A DNA stretch of 64,000 bases from Eubacteriales bacterium (GCA_045128515.1 JBGVRO010000029.1:25585-89584); one strand, 5' to 3'; shown: positions 18,042 through 27,898, numbered from the stretch's first letter. Notes: a model not told the origin generated them from the sequence alone. Numbers and translations are program-made.

Positions 18042-20152
18042 AAATTATTAAAATCGCTGCCTTGATACTGCTTATAGCCTTCTTTGGCAGTATAATCGTT
18101 CAGTTCGGCTACAATATGCTTTTCGTTCAGCCGTTTGCGGCTGAATCCACCATCGGTGACGGAAAGCTTACGGAAATGCTCTATCAGTCGGAATTTCTCG
18201 AGGATTCCTACTTTGATGACGTAGCACTTGTCTCCTCAAATCTCGAGGGAGCTATAGAGCGAATCGATATAAGAGAGGATTGCGCAGACTTTACAGCCTG
18301 CGGTCTTATCAGATTTTATATTGAAAACGAGCACCGTCTTGCAGAGGAAAACAAGGCGGAGATAAAAAATTGTCTTACCGGATTTAAGTATTGGATGGAT
18401 CAGTACGATGGCAGAAAGGACAGTATGTGCCATTGGAGTGAAAACCATCAGATACTCTTTGCTACGACAGAATATCTTGCAGGCTGTCAGTGGCCGGATG
18501 CTATCTTTGCCGACGGCAAGAAGGGTGAAGAGCACGTTGCTATGGCAAAGGAGAGAATTGAAGCGTGGATGTCGCAGAGATATTACTACGGCTTTAACGA
18601 ATACTACTCCAACAACTATTATCCCGAGGATATTGCTCCTATGGCAAACTTCATTCAGTTTGCAAGAAGCGAGGACGGTGATATGATTGACCGTATGAAG
18701 ATAGTTATGGATATCATATGGATCGACATAGCTACTCAGTCCTGGAAATACACCGACGGAGAGGGAAATACACAGTACGCCTTTATCTCCGCCAGCGGAA
18801 GAATGTATATGGACAACAAGTCCAGCGACGATACAGGCAACAGACTTCGTCCCTATATAAATCTTGTGCTTGAAAACGGTGAGGATTACAAGACTAACAG
18901 TAATAGATTCTTCGTTTGCTTTAGAAGAATGTATGAGGCAGAGATTGACGGAGAGCCTATATATCAGCTTCCTGAGGTTATCAAGGAAATATTTAACGAT
19001 ACAAGCGAAAAGCAGGTGGTAAAATCCTCAAACGGTATTACTATCTCCGAGCTTGTAGCCGATGGATTTATCGGTCAGTCGGTTGGTCAGATCATGATGC
19101 AGATGGGTATGGAGGCATTCTCCAACAAGGAGGTTATTGATAACTCCATTGACTATCTTAATAAGAATAAGCTTTTCAACAACGAGTTTTTAAATGATTT
19201 CAAGCTTGTAAACCTTTGGCCTCTCACTCTTACAGACAGTCTTGGATTTGCTTCCGGACTTCTTAATCCCTCTACTAACGGAAAGGCTATCCAGCGAGCT
19301 AACGTTTATACATATCAGACCCCCTACTATTCCATGAGCACTTCTCAGGAGCATTTTGCAGGCGACTATGCCGATCAGCATCAGATCAATATCAGCACCT
19401 TGGCTTCGGATCTTTCGGTTTATACCGCACAGCCAATGAGAAACAGCACTCGCGGTCAGTATTGGGTTGGCTATGGCCGTCTTCCTTACTCCGTACAGGA
19501 CGAGAACGTTAATATTTCTATCTACACAATTCCCGAAAAGACGGGTATGCTCGAGCCTCATATCGTGCAGTACACCCATGCTTATTTCCCCGTAGGTCTC
19601 TTTGACGAGGTGGTTACCGATCATCTTGACGAGGGATTTATCTTCGGTCGCAAGGGTGACAGCTACATTATGCTTCATGCGATTTCCGACGGAGAGGGCA
19701 GTCTTATGTTTAAGAACGATATGCCCGGTGTTACCGATGATGAAATGGCAAACGACCGTTCTAAGATCAAGGACAACGTTCGTGAAATGATCGAGGCGAG
19801 CGGTGATCTTCGCTATGATCTTATCCTTGAGGGTGGCAGGTCTCACGCATGGATCACCGAGCTTGGAAGTGTTGCTGACAATGGCTCTTTCGATGCTTTC
19901 GTTGAGAAAATGCTCTCAAATAAATATGAGTATAAAGACATGACTGTTAGCTATGAAAGTGGCGAAAAGTCGTTTAATGTAAAGTATAATGTGCATTTTA
20001 TGATAAACGGCGAGAAAGTTGACACTGATTACGCAAGATATGAGAACGATTATGTTGACGGATTGGTTGAAAGGAATGCGGAAATAATTACACTTTCATT
20101 TAACGGAAAGACTCTCACTCTGAACTACAAGGAAGGAACGAGAGAGGACTGA
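18038..20152 (+). CDS. membrane-anchored 704-aa protein of unknown function (possible polysaccharide-lyase-like enzyme)
   Basis: N-terminal TM helix (IAALILLIAFFGSIIVQF). ATGA overlap with the M20 gene. WSENHQILFATTEYL and a helix-rich N half, then a strand-rich C half. I recognise no family with certainty. Confidence 0.6.
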   Translation: MKIIKIAALILLIAFFGSIIVQFGYNMLFVQPFAAESTIGDGKLTEMLYQSEFLEDSYFDDVALVSSNLEGAIERIDIREDCADFTACGLIRFYIENEHRLAEENKAEIKNCLTGFKYWMDQYDGRKDSMCHWSENHQILFATTEYLAGCQWPDAIFADGKKGEEHVAMAKERIEAWMSQRYYYGFNEYYSNNYYPEDIAPMANFIQFARSEDGDMIDRMKIVMDIIWIDIATQSWKYTDGEGNTQYAFISASGRMYMDNKSSDDTGNRLRPYINLVLENGEDYKTNSNRFFVCFRRMYEAEIDGEPIYQLPEVIKEIFNDTSEKQVVKSSNGITISELVADGFIGQSVGQIMMQMGMEAFSNKEVIDNSIDYLNKNKLFNNEFLNDFKLVNLWPLTLTDSLGFASGLLNPSTNGKAIQRANVYTYQTPYYSMSTSQEHFAGDYADQHQINISTLASDLSVYTAQPMRNSTRGQYWVGYGRLPYSVQDENVNISIYTIPEKTGMLEPHIVQYTHAYFPVGLFDEVVTDHLDEGFIFGRKGDSYIMLHAISDGEGSLMFKNDMPGVTDDEMANDRSKIKDNVREMIEASGDLRYDLILEGGRSHAWITELGSVADNGSFDAFVEKMLSNKYEYKDMTVSYESGEKSFNVKYNVHFMINGEKVDTDYARYENDYVDGLVERNAEIITLSFNGKTLTLNYKEGTRED

Positions 20153-20154
20153 TT

Positions 20155-20928
20155 ATGGAATTTGGAGTACAGACGTTTACTATCAGAAAGATGCAAAAGT
20201 CAAATATGGCGATTGCATATCTTGTCCTTAAGGAAATGGGAATTTCCTCGCTTGAAATTGCAAGGATAAAGTTCAGCGAGAAAAACGCCTACAAGGTAAA
20301 TCACATTTTAAGCTCTTATGAAATGACCCCCGTATCCATCCAGGTAAAGCCGAAATATGTTTTCGGTGATCCCGAGGGAGTTATCAACTTCTGCAAGATC
20401 ACAGGCTGTAAAAACGTTGTTATTTCAATGCTTCCGTTTAGCTGTATTCTCGGAAGTGAGGAGAAATTTTACACCTTCGTAAGCCTGCTTGACAGAATGT
20501 ATGATATATACGCAGATCAGGGTATTACCCTTGCATATCATCACCACAACTGGGAATATATCCGTCTCTCAAACGGCAATACCAGAATGGCAGAGCTGAT
20601 TTCGAGAACGAAGAAGATCAAATTCGTTCACGATACCTATTGGACGGCAAGAAGCGGTGTTTCCCCCGCTATACAGATAAAGGAGTTTGGTGACAGACTT
20701 CTCGGTATTCACCTGCGCGACTTGGCATTTAAGAAGAAATTTCTTGACGTTGTGCCTCACGACACCGCGGTAGGCGAGGGTGTTATCGACTTTAAAGCCG
20801 TTCTTGAGGCGGCGCGCGAGGTTGGCTGCGAATACACCGTTATCGAGCAAAAATCTAAGATTCCCTACACAGACATCGAGCTTAGTCTTAACAATCTTAA
20901 GAAAATCAGTTCCGAATCAAAGGAGTAA
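20155..20928 (+). CDS. sugar phosphate isomerase/epimerase (xylose-isomerase-like TIM barrel)
   Basis: 257 aa with the typical AP-endonuclease-2/TIM pattern (LAYHHHNWEY, IHLRD, YTVIEQ). Confidence 0.75.
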   Translation: MEFGVQTFTIRKMQKSNMAIAYLVLKEMGISSLEIARIKFSEKNAYKVNHILSSYEMTPVSIQVKPKYVFGDPEGVINFCKITGCKNVVISMLPFSCILGSEEKFYTFVSLLDRMYDIYADQGITLAYHHHNWEYIRLSNGNTRMAELISRTKKIKFVHDTYWTARSGVSPAIQIKEFGDRLLGIHLRDLAFKKKFLDVVPHDTAVGEGVIDFKAVLEAAREVGCEYTVIEQKSKIPYTDIELSLNNLKKISSESKE

Positions 20929-20933
20929 TTCGA

Positions 20934-22355
20934 ATGAGTAATCAAACTAAAACCATGAAAAAGGGCGAAAAGCTGTTCTTTGCCTTGGCCGATTTTTACG
21001 GTGGCGGTGGACAGGCACTTATAGGTGTGCTTTACTTCGTTTTCCTTACCAATATCGTTGGACTTCAGCCTGCGTTTGCAGGTGCGGTTACACTTATTTC
21101 CGAGATTTGGGATGCTATCAGCGACCCTCTCATGGGTGTAATCGGAGATAATACTAAGAGCAAGATGGGCCGTCGCCGTCCCTACATTCTCGTAGGCGGA
21201 TGCCTTCTTGCGGTAGCCTTTGCGCTTATTTTCTTCCCCATCGGTGCAGAGAGTCAGATCGTAAGATTTGTTTACTGTGCAGCTACATATCTCTTCTACA
21301 ACTGTATTTCCACTATGATAAACGTGTCCTACAGCAGCATGTCGGCAGAGATAAGTAAGGTTAGCGAGGAGCGCGATTCTGCCAACGTTTTAAGACTCGT
21401 GGTTTCTACTGCCAGCGCTGCGGTATGTACGCTTCTCCCTTCTCTTGTTATCGATGCGTATAACAGCGGTAAGATAGACGTTACCACATTCTACCTTATC
21501 GTGGGTATAGGATTTGGTCTGCTCTTTGCCCTGCCTGTTGTGCTTTGCGCTATTTTCGTTGAGGAGAGAGTTGACGTTCCCGAGGAAAAGAAGAAATTCT
21601 CTATCAAAGAAATTATTACACCTATGCAGTGCCGTCCCTTCAGACAGCTTGTGGGAATGTATCTCGGTCAGGCGCTCTGTATGGACGTATTCTCCACAGG
21701 CGTGGCTATCTTTGCGATGTACGTTACCAAGCCCAAGGGCAGCACTACCGTATTTCTCGGTATCTTTATTGCGGTTCAGCTATTGGCATTCCCCATCATC
21801 AACAAGCTTATAAAGAAGATCAACATCAACAGGATATACGGCTTTGGTCTGCCTCTTTCCATCGTTGCGCTCATTGCCTTTGCGATATTTGGATCTAATC
21901 TTTACGCAGCTTACGTATGCGTATTCTTCGTTGCGGTTGGCTTTGCGGGCGCTCAGCTTACAAGCTGGATCATGTTCCCCCATGCCGTTGATGCAGGAGA
22001 GCTTATTTCGGGTAAGCGTCAGAGTGGTGGATGCAGCGCGATCATGACATTTGCAAGAAAGAGCAGCTCTGCTCTTGTAATCTTCCTCTTCTCGCTTGTG
22101 CTTCAGTTCACAGGCTATGACGCAGATCTTACCGTTCAGCCCCCCTCGGCACAGAATGGCATCAAGTACGTTATGGCATTTACCTGTATCATATTTATGG
22201 TCCTCGGCTTCGTAATGGCTAAGAGATATGCTCTTTCGGCAGAGAAGAACAAGCAGGTAGAGAAGTACCTTGCTTATCAGCGCGAGGGTAGACTTGACGA
22301 GCTTTCCTCAGATGAGGCATCCGAGCTTGAGAGCCTTAAAAAGTCGCTTTCGTGA
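20934..22355 (+). CDS. MFS transporter, GPH (MelB/YicJ-like) family
   Basis: About 12 TM segments, with the motif SEIWDAISDPLMGVIGDNTKSKMGRRRPY. Confidence 0.85.
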   Translation: MSNQTKTMKKGEKLFFALADFYGGGGQALIGVLYFVFLTNIVGLQPAFAGAVTLISEIWDAISDPLMGVIGDNTKSKMGRRRPYILVGGCLLAVAFALIFFPIGAESQIVRFVYCAATYLFYNCISTMINVSYSSMSAEISKVSEERDSANVLRLVVSTASAAVCTLLPSLVIDAYNSGKIDVTTFYLIVGIGFGLLFALPVVLCAIFVEERVDVPEEKKKFSIKEIITPMQCRPFRQLVGMYLGQALCMDVFSTGVAIFAMYVTKPKGSTTVFLGIFIAVQLLAFPIINKLIKKININRIYGFGLPLSIVALIAFAIFGSNLYAAYVCVFFVAVGFAGAQLTSWIMFPHAVDAGELISGKRQSGGCSAIMTFARKSSSALVIFLFSLVLQFTGYDADLTVQPPSAQNGIKYVMAFTCIIFMVLGFVMAKRYALSAEKNKQVEKYLAYQREGRLDELSSDEASELESLKKSLS

Positions 22356-22363
22356 GGTGGAAA

Positions 22364-23419
22364 ATGAATTTTAACGTGGAATATTATTCGAAGGTCGTAA
22401 GACTTGCCGACTATATCACCAAAACCTCCGATCCTAAGATGAAATGGATGTGGGGCGAGGCTCTTCTTGGCTATGCCCTTAACGAGCTTGATAAGGAAAA
22501 CGGCACGGAAAGCTATACCGATTTTCTGTGTAGCTACTGTGATTATTGGGCAAAGGCAGATCCTGCGGTGGATCAGTCGGATACAGCAGCGCCGGGCCTT
22601 ATCACCTATGCTATGTACAAGAGAACGGCAAACGCGGAGTATAAGAGGCTTACCGACAAGGTGCTTGATTACATTCGTTATGAGCCGAGACTGTATCTTG
22701 ATTGCTTAAACCACCTCGGATGTAGCAAAAAGGGTAAAATTTATCCTAAAAGCGTGTGGATCGACAGCGTTATGATGTTCTCTGTATTCACATCTCTTTA
22801 TGCAAACGAAAGTGGTGATGCGGAGCTTCTTGACTTTGCCGCCCGTCAGCCGAAGCAGTATGCTTCTATGATGCTCGATAAGGAGAAGGGGCTTTGGGCT
22901 CATTCTTATTGGGTAAATCAGAAGACCGCCTTCCCAAAGCGAGATCTGTTCTGGGGACGCGGTAACGGATGGGTTATTTGCGCATTTCCGATGATACTTG
23001 ATAACATCGGTCTTGATCATAAGGAAGCACCCGAGATCATTCGTTTGTTCAGACAGACAAGCGAGGCGCTTCTCGAATGTATGAGAGATGATTATACCTT
23101 CAACACTCTGCTTAAGTATAAGTCATACCGCGAGCTTTCTGCGACTGCGCTTATCAGCGCGGGTTGGCTTCACGGTATAAGATGCGGCTATCTTGATGAG
23201 AAATTCCTTGAGCCTGCTATCAAGGCATTCGAGGCATGCGTGAATGCAATAGAAGAGAGCGACGATGGGGTATATATGACCGAGATCAGCGGTCCTACAA
23301 TTCCTCTGCCTCTGTTACCGAAGCTCGGTTACAAGATGATCCCTCTCGGCAAGAATTGGAGCTACGGTGTAGCTGCCCTTATCTTTGCGGCAATAGAGTA
23401 CAGAAAGCTACTTAAATAA
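22364..23419 (+). CDS. GH105/GH88 unsaturated uronyl (rhamnogalacturonyl/glucuronyl) hydrolase
   Basis: ORF 22352..23419 (GTG). I prefer the ATG at 22364 after GAGGTGG. Contains WMWGEALLGYAL and FWGRGNGWV, characteristic of the YteR/UGL alpha6/alpha6 fold. Confidence 0.8.
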   Translation: MNFNVEYYSKVVRLADYITKTSDPKMKWMWGEALLGYALNELDKENGTESYTDFLCSYCDYWAKADPAVDQSDTAAPGLITYAMYKRTANAEYKRLTDKVLDYIRYEPRLYLDCLNHLGCSKKGKIYPKSVWIDSVMMFSVFTSLYANESGDAELLDFAARQPKQYASMMLDKEKGLWAHSYWVNQKTAFPKRDLFWGRGNGWVICAFPMILDNIGLDHKEAPEIIRLFRQTSEALLECMRDDYTFNTLLKYKSYRELSATALISAGWLHGIRCGYLDEKFLEPAIKAFEACVNAIEESDDGVYMTEISGPTIPLPLLPKLGYKMIPLGKNWSYGVAALIFAAIEYRKLLK

Positions 23420-23451
23420 AAACAAATCACTATTCAGGAGTGAAAATATAG

Positions 23452-24855
23452 ATGTCGATATTTGTGTCGGAAAAGCTGAATAAAAGACTTATATATCTTT
23501 ACCCACTGTTTATCAGTCTTTTCTTTTTAGCGGCAACTCCGATTGCTGTTATTTACACCGAGGAATGGGATTTTTTTGAAAATCTTGTGAGGATCATTAC
23601 CTCGCCCAGCAGACTCGTTACAGATTATTTTGCCCTCGGCGGTCTTGGCAGCACACTGTTTAACGTGGCAATTTGCGGATTGATCACCAATCTTATCATG
23701 TATTTGAGCCGCGCCAAGGCAAATGCTGCTATTCTTGCAGGATATATGCTTGTGGTGGCGCATTGCTTCTACGGCTTGAACTTTCTTAATATGTGGCCGC
23801 CGCTTCTTGGCATAGTTTTATACTGCGGTGTTACGAAGAAAAAGCTTGGAGAAAATATTGATATTGCATTTTTCTCAACCGCCTTAGCTCCTTTTGTCAG
23901 TGAACTGTGCTTCAGATATGCCGTGGAGAATTACAGCGCAGCTGTCGTTAACGTAAATTGGGTCGGCGTAGCTCTTTCTCTTGTATGTGGATTAGCCATT
24001 GGATTTGTCGTTCCTGCGCTTTTGCCCGGAACCTCTGCTATGCACCATGGTTATAGCCTTTACAAGGCAGGACTTGCTATTGGTATTTTGGGTATATTCC
24101 TTAATGCCTTTATGTATAGTACACTGGGTGTGCAAAGACCTGAAAATACTATCATCGATAACGAGGCCTACTATGCGCTTCCTTACGGTTACCGCGGATT
24201 TATGAATGTTTTTTACATAATCCTGTTTTCCGTAACTCTTATCGTCGGATTTGTTCTTAACAAAAATAGTATTCGAGGTTACCGTGATTTGTTGCATTGC
24301 ACGGGTCACGGAGTCGATTTTACCGACAAATTCGGAATGCCGGTTTGTATGATAAATATTTCCATATACGGTTTTGCAATTCTTGCATATCTGAATTTGG
24401 TGTTTGTGCTTCCTTCAGTATTTTCGGGATTTCCCACCGGTGTTGGTTTTACCGGTGCAACTGCAGGAATAGTTCTGGCTGCTATTACGTTTGCCGCTGA
24501 CGGACAGCATATTAAAAACGTATACCCCATTGCCGTGGGATATGTTTCCTTATTCGTCCTTGTAAGCGTTATTTGTACGGTCGCAAAGCATGATATTCCT
24601 TGGACACTGTCCACTCAGGCATATATCAATGGATTGGCATTTGCAACCGGACTTTGCCCAATTGCCGGAAAGTATGGATTCCGTTACGGAGTTCTGGCAG
24701 GATTTATGAGCGCAATTATTTGTGCCGTAACCGCAGAAATGCACGGCGGATTCGTTCTTTACAACGGTGGCTTCAGCGCAGGACTTACAGCACTCGTGCT
24801 TATACCTATTCTTGATTTTTACAACGTTAAGCCTGTCAGAGAGTCTGATTGGTGA
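23452..24855 (+). CDS. polytopic integral membrane protein (DUF1576-like, from memory)
   Basis: 467 aa, at least 10 hydrophobic segments, RBS AGGAG. Confidence 0.65.
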   Translation: MSIFVSEKLNKRLIYLYPLFISLFFLAATPIAVIYTEEWDFFENLVRIITSPSRLVTDYFALGGLGSTLFNVAICGLITNLIMYLSRAKANAAILAGYMLVVAHCFYGLNFLNMWPPLLGIVLYCGVTKKKLGENIDIAFFSTALAPFVSELCFRYAVENYSAAVVNVNWVGVALSLVCGLAIGFVVPALLPGTSAMHHGYSLYKAGLAIGILGIFLNAFMYSTLGVQRPENTIIDNEAYYALPYGYRGFMNVFYIILFSVTLIVGFVLNKNSIRGYRDLLHCTGHGVDFTDKFGMPVCMINISIYGFAILAYLNLVFVLPSVFSGFPTGVGFTGATAGIVLAAITFAADGQHIKNVYPIAVGYVSLFVLVSVICTVAKHDIPWTLSTQAYINGLAFATGLCPIAGKYGFRYGVLAGFMSAIICAVTAEMHGGFVLYNGGFSAGLTALVLIPILDFYNVKPVRESDW

Positions 24856-24863
24856 TAATGCTG

Positions 24864-24897
24864 AAATCGGAGGCTCGACCGAGCCTCCGATTTTTTG
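24864..24897 (+). terminator. rho-independent terminator
   Basis: AAATCGGAGGCTCG ... CGAGCCTCCGATTT followed by TTTT. Confidence 0.85.
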
Positions 24898-24966
24898 ATG
24901 AGATCATTGATATGCGTATTCAAAACCGCTTATAGCACACATTTTGGTGCTTTTTTATGAAAATAA

Positions 24967-24995
24967 TTGAAAATAACATTTTTATGGTGTATAAT
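24967..24995 (+). promoter_or_regulatory. sigma-A type promoter upstream of the HAD hydrolase gene
   Basis: TTGAAA (24967-24972), 17-nt spacer, TATAAT (24990-24995). Confidence 0.6.
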
Positions 24996-25081
24996 GACAG
25001 TATAAACTTTAAATACGTTATAATGGATAATTATGGCTATAATTTTACCAGTCCAGTATGAGACGGAGGTATTGTAGGGTT

Positions 25082-25924
25082 ATGGATCTACAGAGTTTTA
25101 AGAAAAATAAAGAGTTTTTGGTTTGCATTGACAGTGACGGTTGCGCCATCGACTCTATGAATATAAAGCACATTAGGTGCTTTGGTCCTCGAATGATTGA
25201 CGAGTGGAATCTTCATCAATGGGCAGAGGAAATACTCAACAGCTGGAACTATGTAAATTTATATTCGCTTACAAGAGGCATCAACAGATTCAAGGGATTG
25301 CTTGTGGCACTTCGCGAAATAAACGAAAAGTACGTTGAGATCGAAGGTCTTGAAGAATTTGCCGCTTGGGTTGAAACTACAAACGAGCTGTCTAACAGCT
25401 CACTTACAAGAGCCATAGAGTCGAAGCCTGACGGTGTTTGTCTTAAAAAAGCCTTGTCGTGGAGCAATCTGGTAAACGAGTCTATCAAGAAACTGCCTGA
25501 GGAGGAGGTTGTTCCCTTTGAAATGGTAAAGGAGGCGTTGATCTTCGCTCACGAAAAGGCAGACGTTGCGATCGTATCCAGCGCAAATCTCGGCGCAATC
25601 ATGGACGAATGGGAAAGATATGATCTGCTTCCCCACGTAGATTTAGTTTTGGCACAGAATGCGGGTACGAAGGCGTATTGTATTCAGGAGCTGCTTAAGA
25701 AGGGATATGACCCCCAAAAAGTAGTTATGTGCGGAGATGCGCCCGGCGATATGGACGCGGCGAAGGTAAATGGGGTATTTTATTATCCGATCAAGGTGAA
25801 TTTTGAGAGGGAATCTTGGATCGAGTTTATGGATATTGGTTTTGCCAAGCTTCTTGACGGAAGCTACGAGGGTGATTATCAGTCGCAGAAAATCAACGAA
25901 TTTATCAGTAATCTCTCAAAATAA
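25082..25924 (+). CDS. HAD superfamily hydrolase
   Basis: ORF 25058..25924, with a possible start at 25082 (MDLQSF). Motif I CIDSDGCAIDS and late motif CGDAPGDMDAA. Confidence 0.75.
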   Translation: MDLQSFKKNKEFLVCIDSDGCAIDSMNIKHIRCFGPRMIDEWNLHQWAEEILNSWNYVNLYSLTRGINRFKGLLVALREINEKYVEIEGLEEFAAWVETTNELSNSSLTRAIESKPDGVCLKKALSWSNLVNESIKKLPEEEVVPFEMVKEALIFAHEKADVAIVSSANLGAIMDEWERYDLLPHVDLVLAQNAGTKAYCIQELLKKGYDPQKVVMCGDAPGDMDAAKVNGVFYYPIKVNFERESWIEFMDIGFAKLLDGSYEGDYQSQKINEFISNLSK

Positions 25925-26017
25925 GTGGGAAGATCATGGTAGATTGAAAACCATATCATCATAGGTAAAATAGTAAAAAAGCTAAAAAAGAGGGCTAAAA
26001 AACCTTTTTCTGCAAAA

Positions 26018-26055
26018 AATAAGACCAATCCGAACACGGATTGGTCTTATTTTTT
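26018..26055. terminator. bidirectional terminator hairpin whose stem sequence recurs at 61821-61855
   Basis: AATAAGACCAATCCG aaca CGGATTGGTCTTATT, flanked by an A-run and a T-run. Confidence 0.8.
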
Positions 26056-26065
26056 GACTAAAATT

Positions 26066-27052
26066 TTAGCCCGTAAGAGTGTTTGTTACGGTGAGTATAC
26101 AAGCCACTATTGCCATAATTATACCACCGATATATGGGTTTTTGGTCTTGCGGTAAATTACGTGGCTTATCAGTACCGACAGCGGCAAAATAAGTACGAT
26201 GGGGAACAGCCAGATGCCCATAATACCCGTGATGGGATCAAGGAACATTTTACCTGTTATAAAGAACTTTAAATACTGCGCCATAATCATAAACTGAGGG
26301 CCGATGAACACGAAGAACATCTGCCATACAACACTTGTCCAGGACTTTTTGCCCATTTGAGTGTAGTTGTAGCAGTTTCCTGCAACGCTCGTTGCAATAT
26401 AGTATACCAACCAGAAGGGAAGGAAGCAAAGTATCTTTACAAAATGCTTCGCATCAAAGGCTCTGATGGTTGCAAAGCACCACAAACGGTAGTCGGTAAG
26501 GAACAGATAATCGGAGAGGAATACGAGAGTAAACGCACCGCATACGACCACAAGTGCAAGCACTATTGTGCGTATCATCTTTTCCTTTCCTATACGTACG
26601 CCTCTTTCTTCCGGGTCAATGGGGTATTTCTTGTTGTTGCCACGGATCGTAGCAAGTGTGAAGAGACCGCAAAGCAGCGACCATGCACCGATTGCTAGAG
26701 ATGCGCCCTGATTCCAGATTCCTATAAACGACGACATAAGGAATCCGATGATAAAGCCTATGAAATAGAAGGGAACACTGAGCACCGAGCCCCAGATATT
26801 CTTGTTCCAATAGCGTTTTTTCGCCTTGTCCTCAAGCGCGGACCAAGGAAGAACCTCTGTCTCGGATTTAAGAATTGCAAAGTAAGGAAGCTCAAGGAGA
26901 GCAAGCGCGAAGAATACTATGAACATAAAGAATCCGGCTACTCCGAGAGCATTGAACAACGCCTTAAGCTGCCATATCTGATTAGTGTGCTTCAGTTCTG
27001 ACGGTGCTCCGAGGGCGCGATCAAAGAAATCAACGCTAAAACGTACAACCAA
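26066..27052 (-). CDS. polytopic membrane protein, probably 5'-truncated or frameshifted
   Basis: The ORF opens with TTG immediately after an in-frame TGA. An adjacent frame continues upstream across an A7 tract (27058-27064). About 8 hydrophobic helices. Confidence 0.55.
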   Translation of the reverse strand: MVVRFSVDFFDRALGAPSELKHTNQIWQLKALFNALGVAGFFMFIVFFALALLELPYFAILKSETEVLPWSALEDKAKKRYWNKNIWGSVLSVPFYFIGFIIGFLMSSFIGIWNQGASLAIGAWSLLCGLFTLATIRGNNKKYPIDPEERGVRIGKEKMIRTIVLALVVVCGAFTLVFLSDYLFLTDYRLWCFATIRAFDAKHFVKILCFLPFWLVYYIATSVAGNCYNYTQMGKKSWTSVVWQMFFVFIGPQFMIMAQYLKFFITGKMFLDPITGIMGIWLFPIVLILPLSVLISHVIYRKTKNPYIGGIIMAIVACILTVTNTLTG

Positions 27053-27177
27053 GGTGGAAAAAAACCATCAAATATTTTAACTATTGCCCGGCTTATCGCC
27101 TTTCCGAGATAAACAAGCTATCTATGTTATTTGGTCTCAACAAAATCCAGCCGCGCAAAGCCAATAATGCAAATGCA

Positions 27178-27246
27178 TTTTCCTATTACTATGTAATAGG
27201 ATTTTTCTTTTTATAAGCGATGGTTAACGACATTTTTGTCATTTCC
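27178..27246 (+). repeat. 69-bp direct repeat, copy A (contains palindrome CCTATTACTATGTAATAGG)
   Basis: Against 31797-31865, 23 of the first 24 nt and 18 of the last 20 nt are identical, with identical spacing. Confidence 0.75.
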
Positions 27247-27267
27247 ATAGTAGAAAATCCACGCTTA

Positions 27268-27302
27268 TAATAAAACCTCCGAGACGTTAGCCGTCTCGGA
27301 GG
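27268..27302 (-). terminator. rho-independent terminator of the HTH/small-protein operon
   Basis: CCTCCGAGACG ... CGTCTCGGAGG. On the minus strand it is followed by TTTTATT. Confidence 0.75.
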
Positions 27303-27386
27303 AAAGCAAGGTTATCCGTGATAGGAAAATCCTTTCTTTAGAAATTGAGATATGTAAATTTTCCTATACTTGCTTTTTATTGTACA

Positions 27387-27629
27387 CTAATCTGACAGAA
27401 AATCTTCCACGACATCGTGTAGATGTACGGTAGAAAGCTTCAAGCGGTTGCAGTCATCAACAAGTCGAGCCAAGCTTTCTTTGTTCGACGTAATATCATG
27501 AACAGAAGATACAATTGTTGCAGTGCCGTTTTCATTTGCATCTGAATATGCCGATATACCATAAGAAACTCTGCTTTCATTTCCAAGAGTATATCTTTCT
27601 TCAACGATGCCATAAGTGACCTTTATCAT
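27387..27629 (-). CDS. small conserved hypothetical protein (DUF6514-like, from memory)
   Basis: ORF 27387..27656. The ATG at 27629 forms an ATGA overlap with the upstream HTH gene stop. Sequence MIKVTYGIVEERYTL...SYGISAY...HLHDVVEDFL. Confidence 0.65.
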   Translation of the reverse strand: MIKVTYGIVEERYTLGNESRVSYGISAYSDANENGTATIVSSVHDITSNKESLARLVDDCNRLKLSTVHLHDVVEDFLSD

Positions 27630-27898
27630 ACTGGCATCATCTCCTTTGCGTACCATTTTTGAAATTCCACATTAACAGTACTAAGAAAATGCGTCGGATC
27701 TTCCTGAATACTAAGAAGCAGAACGGTGGTTAATGTACCGCAGTTGCTTTTACCGGTTTCGATGTCGGAATATGAGCTTTCACTCATATGAAGTATTTCG
27801 CTCATTTCCTTTTGCGTAAGATTAAGGCGGTCTCTCGTTTTTATGGCGAGGAACCGTAATTCCTCGCCTAAGATTTGTGTTAAATCATATCTGATCAT
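27626..27898 (-). CDS. XRE-family helix-turn-helix transcriptional regulator
   Basis: ORF 27626..27919, with a likely start at MIRYDL (27898). HTH LNLTQKEMSEILHMSESSYSDIETGK. Confidence 0.8.
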   Translation of the reverse strand: MIRYDLTQILGEELRFLAIKTRDRLNLTQKEMSEILHMSESSYSDIETGKSNCGTLTTVLLLSIQEDPTHFLSTVNVEFQKWYAKEMMPV

